64,000 nt of DNA, taken from the NCBI GenBank assembly GCA_964016885.1, contig OZ024741.1, forward strand, positions 391,344,001-391,408,000, written 5' to 3'. Both the position numbers and the translations under genes were made by a program. Shown here piece by piece: positions 51,901 through 64,000 of this stretch; position 1 is the stretch's first letter; each line of letters begins with the position of its first letter. The stretch comes from Eledone cirrhosa (Eukaryota). Below the pieces are notes generated by a model that was not told the DNA's origin, made no database searches, and saw only the letters and a program-made list of their open reading frames with translations.

Positions 51901-54900
51901 GATCGGACAGACCTATGATTGGACAGACCTATGATGGGACAGACATATGATCGGACAGACCTATGATCGGACAGCCGTACGATCGGACAGACCTATGATA
52001 GGACAGACCTATGATCGGACAGAACTATGATCGGACAGACCTACGATCGGACAGACCTACGATCGGAAAGACCTATGATCGGACAGACCTATGATCGGAC
52101 AGACCTACGATCGGACAGACCAATGATCGGACAGACCTATGATGGGACAGACCTACGATCGGACAGACCTATGATAGGACAGAATTATGATCGGACAGAT
52201 CTACTCTCGGACAGACCTATGATCGGACAGACCTATGATCGGACAGACCTATGATCGGTCAGACCTATGATCGGACAGACCTATGATAAGACAGACATAT
52301 GATCGGACAGACATATGATAGGACAGGCCTATGATCGGACAGACCTATGATCGGACAGACCTATGATAGGACAGACCTACGATCGGACACACCTACGATC
52401 GTGTAGACCTATGATAGGACAGAACTATGATCCGTCAGACCTATGATCAGACAGACCTATGATCAGACAGACCTATGATAGGACAGACCTATGATCACAC
52501 AGACCTATGATGGGACAGAACTACGTTCGGACAAACCTCTGATCGGAAAGACCTATGATCTGACGGACCTATGATCGGACAGAGCTACGATCGGACAGAC
52601 CTATGATCGGTTAGACCTATGATAAGTCAGACCTATGATCGGACAGACCTATGATCGGACAGACCTATGATCGGACAGACCTATGATCGTACAGACCTAT
52701 GATAGGACAGAACTATGATCGGACAGACCTACGATCGAAAAGACCTATGATAGGACAGACCTATGATCGGACAGACCTATGATGGGACAGACCTATGTTC
52801 GGACAGACCTATGATAGGACAGAACTACGTTCGGACAGACCTATGATCGTACAGAACTATGATCGGACAGACCTATGATGGGACAGACCTATGATGGGAC
52901 AGACCTATGATCGGACAGAACTATGATCGGACAGACCTACGATCGGACAGACCTACGATCGGAAAGACCTATAATCGGACAGACCTATGATCGGACAGAC
53001 CTACGATCGGACAGACCAATGATCGGACAGACCTATGATCGGACAGACCTATGATGGGACAGACCTACGATCGTACAGACCTATGATAGGACAGAATTAT
53101 GATCGGACAGACCTACTCTCGGACAGACCTATGATCGGACAGACCTATGATCGGACAGACCTATGATCGGACAGACCTATGATGGGACAGACATATGATC
53201 GGACAGACATATGATAGGACAGGCCTATGATCGGACAGACCTATGATCGGACAGACCTATGATCGGACAGACCTACGATCGGACAGACCTACGATCGGGA
53301 AGACCTATGATAGGACAGAACTATGATCGGACAGACCTACGATCGAAAAGACCTATGATAGGACAGACCTATGATCCGACAGACCTATGATGGGACAGAC
53401 CTATGATCGGACAGACCTATGATAGGACAGACCTATGATCGGACAGAACTATGATCGGACTGACCTGTGATCGGACAGACCTATGATCGGACAGACCTAT
53501 GATCGGACAGACCTATGATCAGACAGAGCTACGATCGGACAGACCTACGATCGGACAAAATTACGATTGGACAGACCTATGATGGGACAGAACTATGATC
53601 GGACAGACCTATGATAGGACAGACCTATGATCGGACAGAACTATGATCGGACTGACCTGTGATTGGACAGACCTATGATCGGACAGCCATATGGTCGGAC
53701 AGAACACGATCTGACAGACCTATGATCGGACAGAGCTACGATCGGACAGACCTATGATCGGATAGACCTATGATAAGACAGACCTATGATCGGACAAACC
53801 TATGATCGGACAGACCTATGATCGGACAGCCGTACGATCGGACAGACCTATGATCGGTCAGACCTATGATCGGACAGACCTATGATAGGACAGACATATG
53901 ATCGGACAGACATATGATAGGACAGGCCTATGATCGGACAGACCTATGATCGGACAGACCTATGATAGGACAGACCTACGATCGGACACACCTACGATCG
54001 GGTAGACCTATGATAGGACAGAACTATGATCTGTCAGACCTATGATCAGACAGACCTATGATCAGACAGACCTATGATAGGACAGACCTATGATCGGACA
54101 AACCTATGATCGGACAGACCTATGATGGGACAGAACTACGTTCGGACAAACCTGTGATCGGAAAGACCTATGATCTGACGGACCTATGATCGGACAGACC
54201 TATGATCGGACAGACCTATGATCGGACAGACCTATGATCGTACAGACCTATGATAGGACAGAACTATGATCGGACAGACCTACGATCGAAAAGACCTATG
54301 ATAGGACAGACCTATGATCGGACAGACCTATGATGGGACAGACCTATGATCGGACAGACCTACGATAGTACAGAACTACGTTCGGACAGACCTATGATCG
54401 TACAGAACTATGATCGGACAGACCTATGATGGGACAGACCTATGATGGGACAGACCTATGATCGGACAGAACTATGATCGGACAGACCTACGATCGGACA
54501 GACCTACGATCGGAAAGACCTATAATCGGACAGACCTATGATCGGACAGACCTACGATCGGACAGACCAATGATCGGACAGACCTATGATCGGACAGTCC
54601 TGTGATGGGACAGACCTACGATCGGACAGACCTATGATAGGACAGAATTATGCTCGGACAGACCTACTCTCGGACAGACCTATGATCGGACAGACCTATG
54701 ATCGGACAGACCTATGAACGGACAGACCTATGATCGGACAGACATATGATAGGACAGGCCTATGATCGGACAGACCTATGATCGGACAGACCTATGATCG
54801 GACAGACCTACGATCGGACAGACCTACGATCGGGCAGACCTATGATAGGACAGAACTATGATCCGACAGACCCATGATCAGACAGACCTATGATCAGACA

Positions 54901-57900
54901 GACCTATGATAGGACAGACCTATGATCGGACAGACCTATGATAGTACAGAACTACGTTCGGACAGACCTATGATCGGACAGACCTATGATCGTACAGACC
55001 TATGATAGGACAGAACTATGATCGGACAGACCTACGATCGAAAAGACCTATGATAGGACAGACCTATGATCGGACAGACCTATGATGGGACAGACCTATG
55101 TTCGGACAGACCTATGATAGGACAGAACTACGTTCGGACAGACCTATGATCGTACAGAACTATGATCGGACAGACCTATGATGGGACAGACCTATGATGG
55201 GACAGACCTATGATCGGACAGAACTATGATCGGACAGACCTACGATCGGACAGACCTACGATCGGAAAGACCTATAATCGGACAGACCTATGATCGGACA
55301 GACCTACGATCGGACAGACCAATGATCGGACAGACCTATGATCGGACAGACCTATGATGGGACAGACCTACGATCGTACAGACCTATGATAGGACAGAAT
55401 TATGATCGGACAGACCTACTCTCGGACAGACCTATGATCGGACAGACCTATGATCGGACAGACCTATGATCGGACAGACCTATGATAGGACAGACATATG
55501 ATCGGACAGACATATGATAGGACAGGCCTATGATCGGACAGGCCTATGATCGGACAGACCTATGATCGGACAGACCTACGATCGGACAGACCTACGATCG
55601 GGCAGACCTATGATAGGACAGAACTATGATCGGACAGACCTACGATCGAAAAGACCTATGATAGGACAGACCTATGATCGGACAGACCTATGATGGGACA
55701 GACCTATGATCGGACAGACCTATGATAGGACAGACCTATGATCGGACAGAACTATGATCGGACTGACCTGTGATCGGACAGACCTATGATCGGACAGACC
55801 TATGATCGGACAGACCTATGATCAGACAGAGCTACGATCGGACAGACCTACGATCGGACAAAATTACGATTGGACAGACCTATGATGGGACAGAACTATG
55901 ATCGGACAGACCTATGATAGGACAGACCTATGATCGGACAGAACTATGATCGGACTGACCTGTGATTGGACAGACCTATGATCGGACAGCCATATGGTCG
56001 GACAGAACACGATCTGACAGACCTATGATCGGACAGAGCTACGATCGGACAGACCTATGATCGGATAGACCTATGATAAGACAGACCTATGATCGGACAA
56101 ACCTATGATCGGACAGACCTATGATCGGACAGCCGTACGATCGGACAGACCTATGATAGGACAGACCTATGATCGGACAGAACTATGATCGGACAGACCT
56201 ACGATCGGACAGACCTACGATCGGAAAGACCTATGATCGGACAGACCTATGATCGGACAGACCTACGATCGGACAGACCAATGATCGGACAGACCTATGA
56301 TCGGACAGACCTATGATGGGACAGACCTACGATCGGACAGACCTATGATAGGACAGAATTATGATCGGACAGACCTACTCTCGGACAGACCTATGATCGG
56401 ACAGACCTATGATCGGACAGACCTATGATCGGTCAGACCTATGATCGGACAGACCTATGATAGGACAGACATATGATCGGACAGACATATGATAGGACAG
56501 GCCTATGATCGGACAGACCTATGATCGGACAGACCTATGATAGTACAGACCTACGATCGGACACACCTACGATCGGGTAGACCTATGATAGGACAGAACT
56601 ATGATCTGTCAGACCTATGATCAGACAGACCTATGATCAGACAGACCTATGATAGGACAGACCTATGATCGGACAAACCTATGATCGGACAGACCTATGA
56701 TGGGACAGAACTACGTTCGGACAAACCTATGATCGGAAAGACCTATGATCTGACGGACCTATGATCGGACAGAGCTACGATCGGACAGACCTATGATCGG
56801 TTAGACCTATGATAAGACAGACCTATGATCGGACAGACCTATGATCGGACAGACCTATGATCGGACAGACCTATGATCGTACAGACCTATGATAGGACAG
56901 AACTATGATCGGACAGACCTACGATCGAAAAAACCTATGATAGGACAGACCTATGATCGGACAGACCTATGATGGGACAGACCTATGATCGGACAGACCT
57001 ACGATAGTACAGAACTACGTTCGGACAGACCTATGATCGTACAGAACTATGATCGGACAGACCTATGATGGGACAGACCTATGATGGGACAGACCTATGA
57101 TCGGACAGAACTATGATCGGACAGACCTACGATCGGACAGACCAATGATCGGACAGACCTATGATCGGACAGACCTATGATGGGACAGACCTACGATCGT
57201 ACAGACCTATGATAGGACAGAATTATAATCGGACAGACCTACTCTCGGACAGACCTATGATCGGACAGACCTATGATCGGACAGACCTATGATCGGACAG
57301 ACCTATGATAGGACAGACATATGATCGGACAGACATATGATAGGACAGGCCTATGATCGGACAGACCTATGATCGGACAGACCTATGATCGGACAGACCT
57401 ACGATCGGACAGACCTACGATCGGGCAGACCTATGATAGGACAGAACTATGATCGGACAGACCTACGATCGAAAAGACCTATGATAGGACAGACCTATGA
57501 TCGGACAGACCTATGATGGGACAGACCTATGATCGGACAGACCTATGATAGGACAGACCTATGATCGGACAGAACTATGATCGGATTGACCTGTGATCGG
57601 ACAGACCTATGATCGGACAGACCTATGATCGGACAGACCTATGATCAGACAGAGCTACGATCGGACAGACCTACGATCGGACAAAATTACGATTGGACAG
57701 ACCTATGATGGGACAGAACTATGATCGGACAGACCTATGATAGGACAGACCTATGATCGGACAGAACTATGATCGGACTGACCTGTGATTGGACAGACCT
57801 ATGATCGGACAGCCATATGGTCGGACAGAACACGATCTGACAGACCTATGATCGGACAGAGCTACGATCGGACAGACCTATGATCGGATAGACCTATGAT

Positions 57901-60900
57901 AAGACAGACCTATGATCGGACAAACCTATGATCGGACAGACCTATGATCGGACAGCCGTACGATCGGACAGACCTATGATAGGACAGACCTATGATCGGA
58001 CAGAACTATGATCGGACAGACCTACGATCGGACAGACCTACGATCGGAAAGACCTATGATCGGACAGACCTATGATCGGACAGACCTACGATCGGACAGA
58101 CCAATGATCGGACAGACCTATGATCGGACAGACCTATGATGGGACAGACCTACGATCGGACAGACCTATGATAGGACAGAATTATGATCGGACAGACCTA
58201 CTCTCGGACAGACCTATGATCGGACAGACCTATGATCGGACAGACCTATGATCGGTCAGACCTATGATCTGACAGACCTATGATAGGACAGACATATGAT
58301 CGGACAGACATATGATAGGACAGGCCTATGATCGGACAGACCTATGATCGGACAGACCTATGATAGTACAGACCTACGATCGGACACACCTACGATCGGG
58401 TAGACCTATGATAGGACAGAACTATGATCTGTCAGACCTATGATCAGACAGACCTATGATCAGACAGACCTATGATAGGACAGACCTATGATCGGACAAA
58501 CCTATGATCGGACAGACCTATGATGGGACAGAACTACGTTCGGACAAACCTATGATCGGAAAGACCTATGATCTGACGGACCTATGATCGGACAGAGCTA
58601 CGATCGGACAGACCTATGATCGGTTAGACCTATGATAAGACAGACCTATGATCGGACAGACCTATGATCGGACAGACCTATGATCGGACAGACCTATGAT
58701 CGTACAGACCTATGATAGGACAGAACTATGATCGGACAGACCTACGATCGAAAAAACCTATGATAGGACAGACCTATGATCGGACAGACCTATGATGGGA
58801 CAGACCTATGATCGGACAGACCTACGATAGTACAGAACTACGTTCGGACAGACCTATGATCGTACAGAACTATGATCGGACAGACCTATGATGGGACAGA
58901 CCTATGATGGGACAGACCTATGATCGGACAGAACTATGATCGGACAGACCTACGATCGGACAGACCTACGATCGGGCAGACCTATGATAGGACAGAATTA
59001 TGATCGGACATACCTACTCTCGGACAGACCTATGATCGGACAGACCTATGATCGGACAGACCTATGATCGGACAGACATATGATCGGACAGACATATGAT
59101 AGGACAGGCCTATGATCGGACAGACCTATGATCGGAGAGACCTATGATCGGACAGACCTACGATCGGACAGACCTACGATCGGGCAGACCTATGATAGGA
59201 CAGAACTATGATCCGACAGACCCATGATCAGACAGACCTATGATCAGACAGACCTATGATAGGACAGACTTATGATCGGACAGACCTATGATAGTACAGA
59301 ACTACGTTCGGACAGACCTATGATCGTACAGAACTATGATCGGACAGACCTATGATGGGACAGACCTATGATGGGACAGACCTATGATCGGACAGAACTA
59401 TGATCGGACAGACCTACGATCGGACAGACCTACGATCGGAAAGACCTATAATCGGACAGACCTATGATCGGACAGACCTACGATCGGACAGACCAATGAT
59501 CGGACAGACCTATGATCGGACAGTCCTATGATGGGACAGACCTACGATCGGACAGACCTATGATAGGACAGAATTATGATCGGACAGACCTACTCTCGGA
59601 CAGACCTATGATCGGACAGACCTATGATCGGACAGACCTATGATAGGACAGACCTATGATCGGACAGACATATGATCGGACAGACATATGATAGGACAGG
59701 CCTATGATCGGACAGACCTATGATCGGACAGACCTATGATCGGACAGACCTACGTTCGGACAGACCTACGATCGGGCAGACCTATGATAGGACAGACCTA
59801 TGATCCGACAGACCCATGATCAGACAGACCTATGATCAGACAGACCTATGATAGGACAGACCTATGATCGGACAAACCTATGATCGGAGAGACCTATGAT
59901 GGGACAGAACTACGTTCGGACAAACCTATGATCGGAAAGACCTATGATCTGACGGACTTATGATCGTACAGAGCTACGATCGGACAGACCTATGATCGGT
60001 TAGACCTATGATAAGACAGACCTATGATCGGACAGACCTAGGATCGGACAGACCTATGATCGTACAGACCTATGATAGGACAGAACTATGATCGGACAGA
60101 CCTACGATCGAAAAGACCTATGATAGGACAGACCTATGATCGGACAGACCTATGATGGGACAGACCTATGATCGGACAGACCTATGATCGGACAGAACTA
60201 TGATCGGACTGACCTGTGATCGGACAGACCTATGATCGGACAGATCTATGATCGGACAGAACTATGATCAGACAGAGCTACGATCGGACAGACCTACGAT
60301 CGGACAAAATTACGATCGGACAGACCTATGATGGGACAGACCTATGATCGGACAGACCTATAATAGGACAGACCTATGATCGGACAGAACTATGATCGGA
60401 CTGACCTGTGATTGGACAGACCTATGATCGGACAGGCATATGGTCGGACAGAACTACGATCTGACAGACCTATGATCGGACAGAGCTACGATCGGACAGA
60501 CCTATGATCGGATAGACCTATGATAAGACAGACCTATGATCGGACAAACCTATGATCGGACAGACCTATGATCGTACAGACCTATGATCGTACAGACCTA
60601 TGATCGTACAGACCTATGATAGGACAGACCTACGATAGGACAGACCTATGATGGGACAGAACTATGATAGGACAGACCTATGATCCGACAGACCTATGAT
60701 CCGACAGACCTATGATCGGACAGAACTACGATCGGACCGAACTATGATCGGACAGAACTACGATCGGACAGACCTATGATCAGACAGAACTATGATCGGA
60801 CAGACCTATGATCGGACAGACCTATGATCGGACAGACCTATGATCGGACAGAACTACGATCGGACAGACCTATGATAGGACAGACCTATGATCGGATAGA

Positions 60901-63900
60901 CCTATGTGATGGGACAGACCTATGATCGTACAGAACTATGATCGGACAGATCTCTGATGGGACAGACCTATGATGGGACAGACATATGATCGGACAGACT
61001 TATGATCGGACAGCCGTACGATCGGACAGACCTATGATAGGACAGACCTATGATCGGACAGAACTATGATCGGACAGACCTAAGACCGGACAGACCTACG
61101 ATCGGAAAGACCTATGATCGGACAGACCTATGATCGGACAGACCTACGATCGGTCAGACCAATGATCGGACAGACCTATGATCGGACAGACCTATGATGG
61201 GACAGACCTACGATCGGACAGACCTATGATAGGACAGAATTATGATCGGACAGACCTACTCTCGGACAGACCTATGATCGGACAGACCTATGATCGGACA
61301 GACCTATGATCGGTCAGACCTATGATCGGACAGACCTATGATCGGACAGACATATGATAGGACAGGCCTTTGATCGGACAGACCTATGATCGGACAGACC
61401 TATGATAGGACAGACCTACGATCGGACACACCTACGATCGGGTAGACCTATGATAGGACAGAACTATGATCCGTCAGACCTATGATCAGACAGACCTATG
61501 ATCAGACAGACCTATGATAGGACAGACCTATGATCGGACAAACCTATGATCGGACAGACCTATGATGGGACAGAACTACGTTCGGACAAACCTATGATAG
61601 GACAGAACTATGATCGGACAGACCTACGATCGATAAGACCTATGATAGGACAGACCTAAGATCGGACAGACCTATGATGGGACAGACCTATGATCGGACA
61701 GACCTATGATAGGACAGAACTACGTTCGGACAGACCTATGATCGTAGAGAACTATGATCGGACAGACCTATGATGGGACAGACCTATGATGGGACAGACC
61801 TATGATCGGACAGGACTATGATCGGACAGACCTACGATCGGACAGACCTACGATCGGAAAGACCTATAATCGGACAGACCTATGATCGGACAGACTTATG
61901 ATAGGACAGACCTATGATCGGACAGAACTATGATCGGACTGACCTGTGATTGGACAGACCTATGATCGGACAGCCCTATGGTCGGACAGAACTACGATCG
62001 GACAGAGCTACGATCGGACAGACCTATGATCGGATAGACCTATGATAAGACAGACCTATGATCGGACAAACCTATGATCGGACAGACCTATGATCGTACA
62101 GACCTATGATAGGACAGACCTATGATCGGACAGACCTAGGATCGGACAGACCTATGATAGGACAGACCTATGATAGGACAGACCTATGATAGGACAGACC
62201 TATGATCGGACAGACCTATGATCGGACAGAGCTATGATCGGACAGACCTATGATCGGACGGACGTATGATGGGACAGACCTACGATCGGACAGACCTATG
62301 ATCTGACAGACCTATGATAGGACAGACCTACGATCGGACAGACCTACGATCGGACAGAACTATGATCGGACAGACCTACGATCAGAAAGAGCTACGATCG
62401 GACAGACCTATGATCGGATAGAACCTCGATCGGACAGACCTATGATAGGACAGACCTACGATTGGACAGACCCATGATCGGACAGACCTACGATCGGACA
62501 GAAGTATGATCGGACAGAACTACCATCGGACAGAACTATGATCGGACAGACCTATGATCGGACAGACCTATGATAGGACAGACCTATGATAGGACAGACC
62601 TACGATCGGACAGAACTATTATCGGACAGACCTATGATAGGACAGAACTACGATCGGACAGACCTCTGATAGGACAAACCTATGATCGAACAGACCCATG
62701 ATGGGACAGACCTATGATCGTACAGAACTATGATCGGACAGACCGATGATGGGACAGACCTATGATGGGACAGACATATGATCGAACAGACCTATGATCG
62801 CACAGCCGTACGATCGGACACTCCTATGATAGGACAGGCCTATGATTGGACAGAACTATGACCGGACAGACCTACGATCGGACAGACCTACGACCGTAAA
62901 GACCTATGATCGGACAGACCTATGATCGGACAGACGTACGATCGGGCAGACCTATGATCGGACAGACCTATGATCGGACAGACCTATAATCGGACATACC
63001 TACGATCGGACAGACCTATGATAGGACAGAACTATGATCGGACAGACCTACTATCGAACAGACCTATGATCGGACAGACCTATGATCGGACAGACCTATC
63101 ATCGGATAGACCTATGAGAGGACAGACCTAAGATCGGACAGACCTATGTTAGGACAATAGGACAGGCCTATGATCGGACAGACCTATGATCGGACAGAAC
63201 TATGATAGGACAGACCTACGATCGGACAGACCTACGACCGGACAGACCTATGATCGGTTAGACCTATGATAAGACAGACCTATGATCGGACAGACTTATG
63301 ATCGGACAGACCTATGATCGTACAGACCTATAATAGGACAGAACTATGATCGGACAGACCTACGATCGAAAAGACCTATGATGGGACAGACCTATGATGG
63401 GACAGACCTATGATGGGACAGACCTATGATCGGACAGACCTATGATGGGACAGACCTATGATCGGACAGACCTATGATCGGACAGACCTACGATCGGGCA
63501 AAACCTCGATCGGACAGACCTATGATGGGACAGACCTACGATCGGACTGACCAGTGATAGGACAGACCTATGATCGGACAGACCTATGATCGGACAGACG
63601 TATGATAGGACTGAACTATGATCGGACAGACCTATGATCGGACAGACCTATGAAAGGACAGAACTATGATCGGACAGAACTATGATCGGACAGACCTATG
63701 ATCGGACAGACCTATGATCGGACAGATCTATGATCGGACAGACCTGTGATCGGACAGACCTATGATAGGACAGACCTATGATGGGACAGACATATGATCG
63801 GACAGACCGATGATCGGACAGCCGTACGATCGGACAGACCTACGATCGGAAAGACCTATGATCGGACAGACCTATGATCGGACAGACCTATGATCGGACA

Positions 63901-64000
63901 GAGCTGCGAACGGACAGAACTATGATCGGACAGACCTATGATTGGACAGACCTATGATTGGACAGACCTACGATCGGACAGACCTATGATGGGACAGACC
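21987..64000 (+). repeat. 16-bp satellite array >42 kb (about 2,600 monomers by length), consensus GATCGGACAGACCTAT; continues past window end
   Basis: Uninterrupted head-to-tail monomers in one orientation. Major variants TAT/TAC, GATC/GATA/GATG, GACC/GAAC, GGAC/GGAA. Rare 14-, 15- and 18-bp units. Confidence 0.98.

Noticed and set aside
21961-52254. ORFs encoding MIGQTYDRTDLRSDRP repeats
   Set aside because: Artefact of a 16-bp unit cycling through frames. The frame stays open only where TAC variants remove CTA-TGA stops, and none exceeds about 90 aa.
21987-64000. CRISPR-like array
   Set aside because: No unique spacers and no cas genes; eukaryotic context.

Overview
Eukaryotic, gene-free, repeat-dominated DNA. 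It is probably from an Octopus-like cephalopod, inferred from the SINE/LINE families and microsatellite load and not proven. Bases 1-12.3 kb hold an RTE-type LINE whose reverse transcriptase carries an inserted C4HC3 PHD-type finger. The same stretch has Penelope (GIY-YIG) remnants with a minimal hammerhead-like motif, Nin/Deu-domain tRNA-SINEs with clear target-site duplications (TSDs), an internally deleted RTE derivative, an ~80-nt hairpin and many microsatellites. Bases 12.3-21.2 kb hold four head-to-tail copies of an R4/Dong-like restriction-like-endonuclease (RLE) non-LTR retrotransposon. Every copy ends at the same 3' point and sits in (CATA)n, so this looks like a (TACA)n-microsatellite-targeting element. 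From ~21.99 kb to the end of the window is a >42-kb satellite of a 16-bp monomer (GATCGGACAGACCTAT) with nested 1.8-3.2-kb tandem block duplications. No host protein-coding gene, rRNA, tRNA or CRISPR array is supported.
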